A stretch of DNA of 64,000 nucleotides from Candidatus Omnitrophota bacterium (GCA_028865345.1 JAGWKL010000007.1:6089-70088), one strand, 5' to 3'; counted from the stretch's first letter, positions 17,241 to 30,410 are shown. Notes: generated from the sequence alone by a model not told the origin. Made by a program: numbers and translations.

Positions 17241-18089
17241 TTAAAGTTCCCTGCCGCCTCTAAAAATCTGGATCATGGGCTTGCTTTCTTCCGGCTTGGC
17301 TGTGGGCACTTCATCCGGGTTCTCAAGATCTAGCCCCTGGTTTTTCAGGACATAGTCCGCCAGGGTCTTCCATGTGTCTGCTTTGACCATTCGATGTTCC
17401 ATATCATCAGGTGAACGCAACGCCAGGTCCAGCTTGCCGTTTTTATCCGCAAATTCCAAAAGTCCTGCTTCCTGAGGACTCACCGCAAAAGTGATTTTCA
17501 GGGAATTGGCCGCCTGCTGCTTATCATAGTCGCCCAAGTCTTCCTCATTGGTATTAACGGCCAGGACCTGCAGGTCCTGGAAAACCATCGCCGTCACGGT
17601 TTGCTTATTGGCATATTGCGACGGGACGCTCATCTCGCCGATCACATCCACAAAATCCCCCGGATTGATCATGCCCCCCACGGCGGCGAGCGAATCGATC
17701 TTCACCGTCACGGCGCGCATGCCCACCGGCGTCCTTAAGGCCAGCGACGGCTTGTGGGCTTCTTTTTTGACACTCACCTGCGTCTGCGGCCGCATCTTAG
17801 ATATTTGCTGCTCGGAAATCTTCAGCGCGGCGATTTGTGTCTTTAATTGCTGTTCCTCCTGGCTTTTTTCCCGTTGCATTTCCTGCGCCAGTTGGGCCAT
17901 TTGCTGCTGGTCTTGCTGCTGGATCGCGGAGACCATTTCCTTTTCTTTGGAGGCGTACTGTTCAGCCAGGGCCTGGGTCTTGTTGTTAATCGCAGTTTGG
18001 ACGTAATTGCTGGCCAAAAACACCGCCACCAGCCCTAAGGCCAAAGCGCCGAGGATAATGAAAAGTTGCTTTTTGTTTTCGAAAGGCAA
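17241..18089 (-). CDS. cpaB: Flp pilus assembly protein CpaB/RcpC
   Basis: N-terminal TM; Gln-rich coiled coil; PVGMRAVTVKIDSLAAVGGMINPGDFVDVI...QVLAV...LDLALRS. Confidence 0.92.
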   Translation of the reverse strand: MPFENKKQLFIILGALALGLVAVFLASNYVQTAINNKTQALAEQYASKEKEMVSAIQQQDQQQMAQLAQEMQREKSQEEQQLKTQIAALKISEQQISKMRPQTQVSVKKEAHKPSLALRTPVGMRAVTVKIDSLAAVGGMINPGDFVDVIGEMSVPSQYANKQTVTAMVFQDLQVLAVNTNEEDLGDYDKQQAANSLKITFAVSPQEAGLLEFADKNGKLDLALRSPDDMEHRMVKADTWKTLADYVLKNQGLDLENPDEVPTAKPEESKPMIQIFRGGREL

Positions 18090-18116
18090 TTTTCCCTCTC
18101 TTTGTTCGGGTCTTAG

Positions 18117-19139
18117 TTACCGGCCCGTCTGGCTTGGCTGACCGACAACCTGGTCAATAAGCGTTTTGTTGTACTCGGGTTTATACTTTTCAGCCAGTTC
18201 GTTAAGGTGCTTTAACATCACCTCTTGTTGTTTTTGCTGGGTCAAGAAATAAATGATCTGGTCTTTATAATCGGTAAAAGGTTTCAGGACGCCTCCCGTC
18301 TTGGAATCGACCTTAACGATGTAATAGCCTTGCGGCCCCTTGAAAACGCCGCTGACATCCCCGGGGCCCAAATTGGCAATGGCTGTTTGCATGGCTTCAA
18401 AGGGCGCTTCTCCCGTGACGAACGGCTTTATTTTTCCCCCGACAGCCGCGTCGGACGCCTTGGATTGGGACCGGGCAAGCTGCGCAAAATCGCCGCCCTG
18501 CAGCACTTGAACCAAAATAGTTTTGGCCGTGGCTTCATCCGGGGCCACGATCTCACTGACATTCCATGTAACGGGCGTGGTCAAGTCAGATTTGTGGGCA
18601 TCATAATATGCCCTGGCATCGGATTCGGTGGCGGCCACATTCCTGGTCAGGCGGCTGACCACTTCCTGGACCATCAGCGTCCTGCGGAAATCCCTGACGG
18701 AATCCTTGATGGACTGGCTGTCACCGGCCCCGGAATCCTGCGCTTCCCGGACCAAAAGTTCCTGACGTACAAGCTGGTCCAAAACATAACTTCTGACCTT
18801 GGCATCGCTTTCCTTAAAACTTTGTTTCATGCCGGCAAGCTGCTGTTTTAAAAGGTCCAAGCGGTCATTGAATTCCTGCTGGGTCAATGTCCAATCGCCG
18901 ATGCGCACCAAAGCGTCGCCGGGTAAAGGTTCTTGGGCAACGGGCGTGCTCTTGGCAACAACTACAGGGGAAACCGGAGTGACGGGAGCGGCGGGAACGA
19001 CAGGAGCCTGTTGTTGGGAAGCTTCCTGCTTTTTACTGCCCAGCCCCAACAAATTCTGTATCTGGTCGCAACCGGTCAAAAAGACCAGCCCGGCTATCAA
19101 ACACAGAGGCCCGTACATTTTAATTGCGGGTCTTTTCAT
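18117..19139 (-). CDS. Parvulin-type peptidyl-prolyl isomerase lipoprotein (PrsA/SurA-like)
   Basis: Lipobox FLTG-C; GGDFAQLARSQS...GDVSGVFKGPQGYYIVKV rotamase motifs. Confidence 0.85.
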   Translation of the reverse strand: MKRPAIKMYGPLCLIAGLVFLTGCDQIQNLLGLGSKKQEASQQQAPVVPAAPVTPVSPVVVAKSTPVAQEPLPGDALVRIGDWTLTQQEFNDRLDLLKQQLAGMKQSFKESDAKVRSYVLDQLVRQELLVREAQDSGAGDSQSIKDSVRDFRRTLMVQEVVSRLTRNVAATESDARAYYDAHKSDLTTPVTWNVSEIVAPDEATAKTILVQVLQGGDFAQLARSQSKASDAAVGGKIKPFVTGEAPFEAMQTAIANLGPGDVSGVFKGPQGYYIVKVDSKTGGVLKPFTDYKDQIIYFLTQQKQQEVMLKHLNELAEKYKPEYNKTLIDQVVGQPSQTGR

Positions 19140-19262
19140 TCATTCCTCCTCAAATGTCCTTCAAGTATACCTGCTTTTTTTAAAAAAGCAAGGTCCCGGG
19201 CCTGATTCGCCCGTCGGATTTAAGATTTTTTTGTTGTAACCCATTCTCTCTCAATAAATAAA

Positions 19263-19291
19263 ATCATATATGAAGATTTTATGAGGGTCAA
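19263..19291 (-). promoter_or_regulatory. sigma70-type promoter of the Tad machinery operon
   Basis: TTGACC-17 nt-TATGAT. Confidence 0.6.
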
Positions 19292-19366
19292 CGAAAAATC
19301 GAAATATTTCGCCTTCCTGGATCCGGAGGCAGATCCACCGGTCCCTCGGCAGGCGGACTATCATCT

Positions 19367-20353
19367 TTACGATAGAATAAGCTCAGATACGGCCCTTTTT
19401 TCCGCCAAAAGCTCCTCCAGGGTTGCTTTGATCTTAGCAAGGGCAAATTCATTATGTTGAATGCCCTGAACTACGGAACATTGGCCGCCGTCTGAACGCA
19501 AAGGAAGCCCGAACATGAGTCCGGGTTCGACGCCATAGCTGCCGTCCGAAGGGACCGCGGCTGAAAAAAACTCTCCTGCCGGTGTCGGGGTGATGATGGA
19601 ACGCACGGTGTCGATGACCGCATTGGCCGCAGATGCCGCAGATGAAAGGCCGCGGGCCTTGATGACGGCGGCCCCCCGTTTCTGCACGCCTTCAATGAAG
19701 GAGCCCTTAAGCCATGCTTCGTCCTTGATTACGTCGACGGACGGACGGCCGTCGACGGTCGCATGATAAAAGTCCGGGTACTGGGTGGCCGAATGGTTGC
19801 CCCAAATGGCCACGTTCCTTACCCGCCCGACGGGAACCCCGGCTTTTTGGGCCAGCTGGGCTGCCGCCCGGTGGGCGTCGAGCATAGTCATGGCAAAAAA
19901 ATTCTTTGCAGGGATGTTCTTACAAACGCTCTTGGCTATATAGGCGTTGGTATTGCAGGGATTGCCGACGACCAGGACTTTGGCGGTGGGCTTGGCGCTT
20001 TCAGACAACGCCTTGCCCTGCACCGTAAAAACGCCCCCGTTGATTTTCAGCAGATCGCCGCGTTCCATCCCCTCTTTGCGCGGCACGCTGCCGACAAGCA
20101 GGGCCCAATCGACATCTTTAAAAGCGGCCTTCGCATCCGCGGACACGGAGACTGAACGCAACAAAGGAAACGCGCAATCCTCCAGTTCCATGATGACGCC
20201 GTTGAGCGCCGGCAAAGCTTTTTCCAGTTCCAATAGTTTCAAGTCGATTTCCGTATCACTGCCGAACATTTCTCCGGCGGCAATACGAAATAAAAGCGCA
20301 TAACCGATCTGCCCCGCCGCTCCTGTCACGGCAACTTTAATGCGTTTAGACAT
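19367..20353 (-). CDS. mdh: Malate dehydrogenase (type 2)
   Basis: [41 protein letters not shown]. Confidence 0.97.
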   Translation of the reverse strand: MSKRIKVAVTGAAGQIGYALLFRIAAGEMFGSDTEIDLKLLELEKALPALNGVIMELEDCAFPLLRSVSVSADAKAAFKDVDWALLVGSVPRKEGMERGDLLKINGGVFTVQGKALSESAKPTAKVLVVGNPCNTNAYIAKSVCKNIPAKNFFAMTMLDAHRAAAQLAQKAGVPVGRVRNVAIWGNHSATQYPDFYHATVDGRPSVDVIKDEAWLKGSFIEGVQKRGAAVIKARGLSSAASAANAVIDTVRSIITPTPAGEFFSAAVPSDGSYGVEPGLMFGLPLRSDGGQCSVVQGIQHNEFALAKIKATLEELLAEKRAVSELILS

Positions 20354-20403
20354 ATTCACCCCTTTTTCCATTTGGCCGGATTGACAGGCACTCGAAAGAC
20401 GGT

Positions 20404-21198
20404 TTATTTTATAATTCCCGGCAAAGACTGCCTTGCTTTTTTGACTTCCCGAAGATCAATCTGCCCAAAAACAATTTCCTGGCCCTTCGGCGAGCCGCAG
20501 GCCGTGACCTCGCCCCACGGCGAGACGATCATGCTGTGGCCATGCGCCTCTATGCCGCGGCCGTCTGTACCGACCTGGGCGGGCGCCAGCACATAGGCCA
20601 AATTTTCAATGGCCCGGGCGCGCAGCAGGGTTTCCCAGTGGGCCTGGCCGGTTTTTTTGGTAAAACACGACGGCACTGTTAAAACCTCGACCCCTCGGCG
20701 GGCATACCGTTGATAGAGACCGGGAAAGCGTACATCGTAACAGATCGAGAGCCCGGCCCTGAATTCCCCTATTTTGACCGTCGTGATTTTGTTCCCCGGA
20801 AGGAAACTGCCCGCCTCCCGGATTATTTTATCACCGAGACGGGCATCGAATAAATGGATTTTGCGGTATTTGGCGGAAATGCTCCCGCCGGAGTCAATAA
20901 CGACTGAAGTGTTGTAGGCGTATCCGGCGCCTGCTTTCTCTATAATAGAACCCAACAAAAGACAGGCTTTATATTTTTGAGCTAAAGGAAAGAAGGCCCT
21001 GACCGAAGGGCCGGGCACCGGCTCGGCGGCTTCTTGAAGGATCTGTTTGTTATCGGCCCCGGCGCGGAAATTAAAAACTTCCGGCAAAAGAACAAACCGG
21101 GCGCCTTGGGCAAGCGCCTCTTGAACCATGCCTGTGGCGCGTTTAAGATTGTCCGCTTTGTCTTGGGCCGAGCAAAACTGTATGAGAGCTACCTTCAA
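20404..21198 (-). CDS. Carbon-nitrogen hydrolase, Nit1 / deaminated-glutathione amidase-like
   Basis: [36 protein letters not shown]. Confidence 0.9.
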   Translation of the reverse strand: MKVALIQFCSAQDKADNLKRATGMVQEALAQGARFVLLPEVFNFRAGADNKQILQEAAEPVPGPSVRAFFPLAQKYKACLLLGSIIEKAGAGYAYNTSVVIDSGGSISAKYRKIHLFDARLGDKIIREAGSFLPGNKITTVKIGEFRAGLSICYDVRFPGLYQRYARRGVEVLTVPSCFTKKTGQAHWETLLRARAIENLAYVLAPAQVGTDGRGIEAHGHSMIVSPWGEVTACGSPKGQEIVFGQIDLREVKKARQSLPGIIK

Positions 21199-21232
21199 GA
21201 TTCCCTGTTTTTTGGTTATCGCGAGGTTTATT

Positions 21233-21904
21233 TTAATGCGTCGCAGGAGCCTGCGCCCCGGCTTTTAGGGACGCTTTCAGCATTTCACCATATTCTTTAT
21301 AGCAACTTGTATAGAAAGACCGCTTCTTGAGCCCTGCACGCCAGGCCGTTAATTTAGGATAAGCGCTGAGATCAATTCGGGCCATCTCCGCAGGCTCCAG
21401 CAGGGCCATGAGGACAATGTCGGCCAGCGATATCTCATCGGCGACAATATATTCGTGCCGGGCCAATTGGTTCTCAATGACAGGAAAATATTGCTTCAAA
21501 AATTCCAGACCGTCGGTGATGGCTTTGTCATTGACGGGGAGGCCCCTCAAAGGCGCAAACAGGCGGTTAAAAACCACCGGGATGAAATTGGCGCCGATGT
21601 GCAGGGTGGCATAATCGATCCATTGGTCGACGAGAGCGCGCGCCTTTGTGTCTTTGGGATAAAGGGATGAGCCGTGTTTGTCGCAAAGGTACTTGCAGAT
21701 GGCATTGCTTTCAAATAAATAAAAGCCGTCATCGTCCATGGCGGGGACCTTGCCTACGGGATTGATCTTCAAAAACCATTCACTTTTTTGCTCGCGTTCC
21801 CGCAAATTGAGGTGCCGCCACGTATAATCCAATCCCAAAAAGCTTGCCGTTAAACGGGCCTTGATGGCCGGGCCTGACAGGTCTGAGCCGTAGATGGTGA
21901 GCAT
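21233..21904 (-). CDS. Glutathione S-transferase family protein
   Basis: INPVGKVPAMDDDGFYLFESNAICKYL; ISLADI. Confidence 0.92.
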   Translation of the reverse strand: MLTIYGSDLSGPAIKARLTASFLGLDYTWRHLNLREREQKSEWFLKINPVGKVPAMDDDGFYLFESNAICKYLCDKHGSSLYPKDTKARALVDQWIDYATLHIGANFIPVVFNRLFAPLRGLPVNDKAITDGLEFLKQYFPVIENQLARHEYIVADEISLADIVLMALLEPAEMARIDLSAYPKLTAWRAGLKKRSFYTSCYKEYGEMLKASLKAGAQAPATH

Positions 21905-21975
21905 ATTCCCTCCTTAGATAGCGGCGCCGCGAAAGCTGCCGGCGGGCAGGCAGACACCGCCTTCCTTGAATTGAG

Positions 21976-22052
21976 TGGCGACCCCAACGGGATTTGAACC
22001 CGTGCTGCGAGCTTGAAAAGCTCGTGTCCTGACCAGGCTAGACGATGGGGTC
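21976..22052 (-). tRNA. tRNA-Glu(TTC)
   Basis: Acceptor GACCCCA/TGGGGTC, anticodon arm CGAGC-TT TTC AA-GCTCG, GGTTCAAATCC, CCA end. Confidence 0.95.
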
Positions 22053-22078
22053 GATAAAGTTGCCCGACTGGAGTGGTT

Positions 22079-22106
22079 ATTATATTGCCCCGGCTTTTTT
22101 CGTCAA
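22079..22106 (-). promoter_or_regulatory. sigma70 promoter of tRNA-Glu
   Basis: TTGACG-16 nt-TATAAT. Confidence 0.6.
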
Positions 22107-22121
22107 GTGAAAACGAGGGCC

Positions 22122-24578
22122 TCATTCCTCTTCATGGACGACCACATGGGCAATGGAAGAAACCTTGTCCCCCGCATCCAGGGATATCAGGCGCACCCCC
22201 ACCGCGCTGCGGCCGGTCTCGCGGATCTCGGAGGGGGACGATCGCACGACCATTCCCTGCTTTGTAACGGCCATGATCTCGTCGGCATCGGAAACCGCCA
22301 TCACGCCCACAACCGGGCCGTTCTTGTCCGTGAGCTTGACGTTGATGATCCCCTTGCCTGCGCGGGACTGGGTGCGGTACTCCGCAAAGTCCGAACGCTT
22401 GGCATAGCCCAGTTCACAGACAGTCAATAGTTTGGCCCCGGTCTTGTCGATGTCCGGCACAAAGACCAGCATGCCGACGACAAAATCGCCCTTTTCCAGG
22501 CTGATGCCGCGAACGCCCTTGGCCGCCCGGCCCATGTCGCGCAATTGCTTCTCGGGGAACCGCAAAGACCCCCCTTCCCGCGTGGCCAGAAAAACATCTT
22601 CCTTGCCGTTGCTTAACCCGACCCCGATGAGCTCATCGCCTTTTTCCAGGCCGATCCCGACGATGCCGCCTTTGCGCGGATTATTGTACGCCGAGATCTT
22701 GGTTTTCTTGACCAGGCCCTGTCTGGTGGCAAACACCAAAAACTGGTCTTCCCTGAATTCCTTGACCGCCACAATGGCGCTGATCTTCTCCTCCGGCTTG
22801 AAGGAAAGCAGGTTTACGATGGCCTTGCCGCGGGCCGCGCGGGACGCCACCGGAATTTCATAAACTTTGAGCCAGCGCACGGTGCCGGCATTGGAAAAGA
22901 TCAGTAAGAAATCCTTGGAAGAAGCCACGAACATCCGTTCCACAAAATCCTCTTCCGAGGTGGTCATGGCCGTGACCCCTTTGCCTCCGCGCTTCTGGGA
23001 ACGGTAGGCATCGACGGACAGGCGCTTGACATACCCTTTGTTGCTGATGGTGATGGCCATGTCTTCGTCGGCGATCATGTCTTCTATTTCGATGTCCTCC
23101 GCCTTGGCCGCGATCTCCGTGCGCCTCTCGTCGGCATACTTCTTCTTGACCTCGCCTAATTCTTCCTTGATGATGCCGTCCACCCGTTTTTCGGAAGCCA
23201 AAATGGCACGGTAATTGTCAATGTCTTTCAAAAGCTGCTGGTATTCCGCCTCTATCTTGTCGCGCTCCAGGGCGGCCAGGCGCTGCAATTGCATTTCCAA
23301 AATGGCCTGGGCCTGGGGACCGGAGAGATCGAACTTCCTGACCAGGGCTTCCTTGGCGTCGGCGGTCGTCTTGGAGGCGCGGATGGTCTTGATGATCTCA
23401 TCTAGATGCTTGAAGGCGATCCTCAAGCCCTCCAGGATATGCGCCCGACGCAGGGCCTTGTCCAGGTCGAACTGCGTCCGCCGGCGGATAACGGCGCGGC
23501 GATGGGAAATATAGTGGCCCATCAGCTGTTTTAAATTCAATACATGCGGGGACTTGTTGACCAAGGCCAGGTTGATGATGCCGAAAGTGACCTCCATCTG
23601 GGTGTGCTTAAAAAGATAGTTCAGGACGATGTTGGCGTCCGCGTCCCGCCGCAGTTCTATGACGACCCGGATGCCGTCCTTGTCGCTTTCGTCGCGGATG
23701 TCCGTAATGCCGTCGATCTGCTTGTTCTGCACCAAGTCCGCCATGGTCGAGATCAAATTGGCTTTGTTGACCTGGTACGGGACCTCGGTAATGATGATGG
23801 CCTCCCTGTTGCCTTTTTGCTGTTCGATGCTGGCGCGGGCGCGCAGTGTCACCTTGCCGCGGCCGGTATTATAGGCATCGATAAACCCTTCCCTGCCGCA
23901 GATGATCCCTCCCGTGGGAAAATCAGGGCCCTTGACGAATTTTGTCAGCTCTTTGACCGAAGCTTCGGGATTGTCCAGCAAATGCACGATGGCCTCCACA
24001 ACTTCCCCCAGGTTGTGGGGAGCCATATTGGTGGCCATGCCCACGGCGATGCCCGAAGAGCCATTGACCAGCAAATTGGGGATCAAGCCAGGGAGGATGT
24101 CCGGTTCTTCCAGGGAGCCGTCAAAATTGGGACTGAAGTCCACGGTCTGTTTTTCAATGTCATTGAGCATCTCCTCGGCGACGCTGTCCATGCGCGCCTC
24201 GGTGTAGCGCATGGCCGCGGCCGCGTCCCCGTCAATGGACCCGAAATTGCCCTGCCCGTCGATCAAGGGATAGCGCAAAGAGAAATCCTGGACCATGCGC
24301 ACCATGGTGTCGTAAACCGCCGTGTCCCCGTGCGGATGGTATTTGCCCAGCACTTCTCCGACGATACGGGCGCTTTTCTTATAAGGCTTGTTGTGCTCAA
24401 GGCTCAACTCCTTCATCGCATAAAGGATGCGCCGGTGCACGGGCTTGAGACCGTCGCGCACGTCAGGAAGGGCGCGCCCGACGATAACGGACATGGAATA
24501 CGAGAGGTAGGAATTCTTCATCTCCTCTTCTATATAAACCGGGAGGACTCTTTCTTTTTTGTTCAAATCGCGTGACAT
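22122..24578 (-). CDS. gyrA: DNA gyrase subunit A
   Basis: [29 protein letters not shown], GyrA box QKRGGKG. Confidence 0.99.
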   Translation of the reverse strand: MSRDLNKKERVLPVYIEEEMKNSYLSYSMSVIVGRALPDVRDGLKPVHRRILYAMKELSLEHNKPYKKSARIVGEVLGKYHPHGDTAVYDTMVRMVQDFSLRYPLIDGQGNFGSIDGDAAAAMRYTEARMDSVAEEMLNDIEKQTVDFSPNFDGSLEEPDILPGLIPNLLVNGSSGIAVGMATNMAPHNLGEVVEAIVHLLDNPEASVKELTKFVKGPDFPTGGIICGREGFIDAYNTGRGKVTLRARASIEQQKGNREAIIITEVPYQVNKANLISTMADLVQNKQIDGITDIRDESDKDGIRVVIELRRDADANIVLNYLFKHTQMEVTFGIINLALVNKSPHVLNLKQLMGHYISHRRAVIRRRTQFDLDKALRRAHILEGLRIAFKHLDEIIKTIRASKTTADAKEALVRKFDLSGPQAQAILEMQLQRLAALERDKIEAEYQQLLKDIDNYRAILASEKRVDGIIKEELGEVKKKYADERRTEIAAKAEDIEIEDMIADEDMAITISNKGYVKRLSVDAYRSQKRGGKGVTAMTTSEEDFVERMFVASSKDFLLIFSNAGTVRWLKVYEIPVASRAARGKAIVNLLSFKPEEKISAIVAVKEFREDQFLVFATRQGLVKKTKISAYNNPRKGGIVGIGLEKGDELIGVGLSNGKEDVFLATREGGSLRFPEKQLRDMGRAAKGVRGISLEKGDFVVGMLVFVPDIDKTGAKLLTVCELGYAKRSDFAEYRTQSRAGKGIINVKLTDKNGPVVGVMAVSDADEIMAVTKQGMVVRSSPSEIRETGRSAVGVRLISLDAGDKVSSIAHVVVHEEE

Positions 24579-24593
24579 GAAGCGGCCTTTCTA

Positions 24594-27044
<2,451 letters not shown>

Positions 27045-27311
27045 CTATCTGTTTTCCACTTTAAAATTGATCTTCACGATCGACGGAAACTCCTTTTGAA
27101 GCGCCTGTAATAACTTCTCCCTGTTTAAATTAAGCCTGATCAGGCACAGAGAATTTTGGGCGCTCACCGTCAGACATCCGTCCTTGAATCCCGTTGCCTT
27201 GCTGTACTTGTCTCCTGATATTCTTTCCCAACCGCCCGCGATGTCCCCCAAAAGCAAAGGCCTTGACATTTGTTCCATGACACGCCGAACAATATCTTTC
27301 ATCGGATCCAT
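27045..27311 (-). CDS. DUF721 / DciA-like protein
   Basis: Small protein between dnaN and gyrB with a W...G.L.V pattern; canonical position. Confidence 0.65.
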   Translation of the reverse strand: MDPMKDIVRRVMEQMSRPLLLGDIAGGWERISGDKYSKATGFKDGCLTVSAQNSLCLIRLNLNREKLLQALQKEFPSIVKINFKVENR

Positions 27312-27315
27312 GGGT

Positions 27316-28404
27316 TTAGAGTCTCATCGGGAGGGCTAAATACAAATACTCTTTGAGCCGCAGCACGCAGGGCTTGTCGGGTCCCAAAAACTCCATCGGC
27401 ACATATTCATCATTGATATTTTTAAGTACGTCGATAAAAAATTGCGGGTTGAAGCCCACGATCAATTCCTGGTGGCCGTATTCAACGGACACTTCTTCCC
27501 GTGATTCACCCACATCCGGCGTTATTTTGGAAATCACCAGCTTGTCCTTGAAAAGTTCGAATTTAATGGCCTGGAAATCGGGAGTGGAAAGCAGGTTAGC
27601 CCGCCGTATCGCGGCCAAAAGATCCTGGGTCCTGACCTTGGCTTTGGTATTGATCTCCTTGGGGATGACCTGCTTATAATTAGGGAATTCCCCTTCGATA
27701 ACACGGGTGGCGATCAAAACACCGTCGATATCGAACAAAACTTGGGTCGCGCCGTAAGTAATGCTGACCTGACCTTCTTCTTTCAGGTTCCGGTTGATTT
27801 CATTGACGGCTTTGATGGGAACAATAATATGAAAATCTTTGGATGTGGGATGCACCAATTTCTTTTCCATTTTGGCCAGGCGCCTGCCGTCGGTGGCCAC
27901 CATGCGTACCAAGTCCCCCGCCACTTCCAGCAAAAGACCGTTCAACACATACCGCGATTCCTCGTACGAAACCGCAAAATGCGTCAACCCGATCATTTCT
28001 TTAAGATCTTTTTGATTGATCAAAACAGCGTCTTTATCTTTAAATTCCGGAAATTTCGGAAATTCCTCTTTAGGCAGGCCGTTAAGTTTAAACCGGCAAT
28101 TAAGACCCTCGATATCGATTTGATTGTTCTTGCGCGCCGTGATCACCACCTCCCCGTTCGGTAATTCACGAACAATATCGCCCAGGCGCTTGGCAGGAAT
28201 GGTGATGGCGCCTTGTTCATAAACATGCACAGGCAATTCACAGGATATTCCGATATCCAAATCCGTAGTATTTAATTTTAATAAATTCTCTTTTGTTTCT
28301 AAAAGCATATTAGATAATATCGGTAAAGTTGCTTTAGGTGAAACAATATTACTTACCGTTGCAATCGCAGCCTGGAGTTCTTCTTTATTCGTCTTGATTT
28401 TCAT
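27316..28404 (-). CDS. dnaN: DNA polymerase III beta clamp
   Basis: TLPILSN, ATDGRRLA, GEFPNY, GFNPQF, LPMRL. Confidence 0.98.
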   Translation of the reverse strand: MKIKTNKEELQAAIATVSNIVSPKATLPILSNMLLETKENLLKLNTTDLDIGISCELPVHVYEQGAITIPAKRLGDIVRELPNGEVVITARKNNQIDIEGLNCRFKLNGLPKEEFPKFPEFKDKDAVLINQKDLKEMIGLTHFAVSYEESRYVLNGLLLEVAGDLVRMVATDGRRLAKMEKKLVHPTSKDFHIIVPIKAVNEINRNLKEEGQVSITYGATQVLFDIDGVLIATRVIEGEFPNYKQVIPKEINTKAKVRTQDLLAAIRRANLLSTPDFQAIKFELFKDKLVISKITPDVGESREEVSVEYGHQELIVGFNPQFFIDVLKNINDEYVPMEFLGPDKPCVLRLKEYLYLALPMRL

Positions 28405-28410
28405 ATGCAC

Positions 28411-28576
28411 AACCCTCTATATAGTGCTGTTCGTTTAAAGTTCGCAAACTTAGAAGTAATCATATTAGTTGTTGTGGATAAGTTGGACCAGAAACAAAAT
28501 ATCTAATAATTTCAACAACTTACAATTATTAACACCTGTGGACAACTTTGGGATAATACAAATTATTTATCCACAA
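28411..28576. other. Putative oriC (dnaA-dnaN intergenic region) with DnaA boxes
   Basis: TGTGGATAA 28473, TGTGGACAA 28537, TTGGGATAA 28548, TTATCCACA 28567; AT-rich. Confidence 0.85.
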
Positions 28577-29908
28577 TTATGCCGCAAGAATAGCACTTAA
28601 ATGATCAATCCCCTTTTTAACTTCCGGGGCCAAGATTAAACTTTTTTCCATTTTTTTATAAGCATGCAAAACAGTGGTGTGATCTTTGCCGCCAAAAGCA
28701 GCACCGATCTCCGGCAAGGAGTGTGTTGTCAATTTGCGCGTCAGGTACATGGCCACCTGCCGAGGCAAGACTACATTTTTATTGCGTTTTTTATTTTTTA
28801 AATCCGCCAGGGGGATATTGTAGTAAGCGGCCACTTCTTTCTGCACCATGTCCACGCTGATCGTTTTGATCGTTTCTTTGACCATGTCCTTCAACACCTG
28901 TTTGGCCACATTCAAAGAAATCATTTTATCTTCCAGCAACGCGTAAGCGACCACCCTGATCAAGGCCCCTTCCAGCTCGCGGATATTGGTTTTGATTTCC
29001 TGGGCTATAAATAATACCACATCATCAGGGACCGTGACAGACTCAAGCTCCAATTTTTTGCGTAAAATCGCGACCCTGGTTTCATAATCCGGAGGCTGGA
29101 TATCCGTGACCAGGCCCCAGGCAAAACGCGATACCAGGCGTTCTTCCAGGTTGGAAATCTCCTTGGGGGGCCGGTCGGAACAAATGATGATTTGTTTATG
29201 ATGGTCATGCAGGGTGTTGAATGTGTGGAAAAATTCTTCCTGGGTGGACATTTTTCCGGCGATAAAATGAATGTCGTCGATCAAAAGAATGTCGACATTG
29301 CGGTATTTCTGGCGGAAACTTTCAGAAGAATGGTGCCGGATGGAGTTGATCAGTTCGTTGGTGAACTGTTCCGACGACAAATAACAGATCTTAAGGCCGG
29401 GGTTCTTTTTTTGGGCCCCATGGGAGATGGCCTGCAACAGGTGTGTTTTGCCCAGGCCCACGGGGCCGTAAATAAAAAACGGATTGTAGGCCTTGGCCGG
29501 GTTCTCCGCCACGGCCTGGGCCGCCGCAAAGGCAAAACGGTTGCTGTTGCCCACCACGAAATTTTCGAAAAGGAACCGCGGATTTATGTGCAGGTCCGCA
29601 GTCGCAGGCGCGAAAGATTTTTCGATCAGGGTGAGTTTTTGCTGGGTGTTCTTGTTCAGAAGCTGGGAGTTGACGGCAAATTCAATGTTGATCCCCTGCC
29701 CTGCTTCGGTGCGCAGACAGCGTTCAATAATGGCGCGGTAACGCTCGTCGATCCAATTCTTAAAATACTCATCCGGCGCCTGGATTGTCAAGGTGCCGGG
29801 GTTGTTTTCACAAATTTTCAGATGGGAGAACCACGTGTCGTAGGAAGTTTCCCCTATAGCGGCCTTAATGGGATTTTGGGCCTTTTGCCAGACGTCGATC
29901 AGGGTCAT
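28577..29908 (-). CDS. dnaA: Chromosomal replication initiator
   Basis: YNPFFIYGPVGLGKTHL, LLIDDIHF, NIRELEGAL, GGKDHTTV; start ATG 29908 or GTG 29923. Confidence 0.99.
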   Translation of the reverse strand: MTLIDVWQKAQNPIKAAIGETSYDTWFSHLKICENNPGTLTIQAPDEYFKNWIDERYRAIIERCLRTEAGQGINIEFAVNSQLLNKNTQQKLTLIEKSFAPATADLHINPRFLFENFVVGNSNRFAFAAAQAVAENPAKAYNPFFIYGPVGLGKTHLLQAISHGAQKKNPGLKICYLSSEQFTNELINSIRHHSSESFRQKYRNVDILLIDDIHFIAGKMSTQEEFFHTFNTLHDHHKQIIICSDRPPKEISNLEERLVSRFAWGLVTDIQPPDYETRVAILRKKLELESVTVPDDVVLFIAQEIKTNIRELEGALIRVVAYALLEDKMISLNVAKQVLKDMVKETIKTISVDMVQKEVAAYYNIPLADLKNKKRNKNVVLPRQVAMYLTRKLTTHSLPEIGAAFGGKDHTTVLHAYKKMEKSLILAPEVKKGIDHLSAILAA

Positions 29909-29926
29909 TGTGGACGGGGTCACAGG

Positions 29927-29946
29927 TTATTCACAGCTGTGGATTA
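29927..29946. promoter_or_regulatory. DnaA box pair upstream of dnaA
   Basis: TTATTCACA and TGTGGATTA in opposite orientation. Confidence 0.7.
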
Positions 29947-30125
29947 AAGTTAAAAACAGCCACGCTCGTGGCTGTATTAGACTTTTGTCAAGTTTCGATG
30001 GGCATTATAACAAAGCCGTGTTTGATTGCAACCGTTTTTTCTTAAGCGCAAGTGCCGGAAGGCGTTTTTACCGTCAAAAAACATATTCCCTGTTGTTTTG
30101 TTTGGCGGAGGGTTGACTCTTTTTG

Positions 30126-30153
30126 TTGACTTGATTCATTCCTGTGTTATAAT
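30126..30153 (+). promoter_or_regulatory. sigma70 promoter of the rpmH operon
   Basis: TTGACT-16 nt-TATAAT. Confidence 0.6.
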
Positions 30154-30255
30154 CTCCGAACTAATATTCCCCTGTCCCTTCGATATCGTAAGGCGGTGTT
30201 GTTGCGAACGGGGTTTTGGCACAGTTCCATCAAATATTTCAGAAAGTAAAGTTTA

Positions 30256-30393
30256 ATGAAGAAACATCTAAAAACACCGACCAATATTGTTGGGAAAAAA
30301 AGACACGGATTCCGTAAGCGCATGGCGACTTCCGACGGTAGAAAAGTGCTCAGCCGTCGACGCGCCAAAGGCCGCCGTAAACTTATCCCCTAA
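30256..30393 (+). CDS. rpmH: 50S ribosomal protein L34 (45 aa, not in ORF track)
   Basis: [45 protein letters not shown]. Confidence 0.95.
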   Translation: MKKHLKTPTNIVGKKRHGFRKRMATSDGRKVLSRRRAKGRRKLIP

Positions 30394-30410
30394 AGATCTC
30401 TTTGGCTATC

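Noticed and set aside
21850-22125. 91-aa minus-strand ORF
   Set aside because: Overlaps tRNA-Glu and its promoter
23544-24575. 343-aa plus-strand ORF (and similar ones opposite gyrB and dnaA)
   Set aside because: Antisense shadow of GC3-biased conserved genes
30147-30368. 73-aa minus-strand ORF
   Set aside because: Antisense to rpmH
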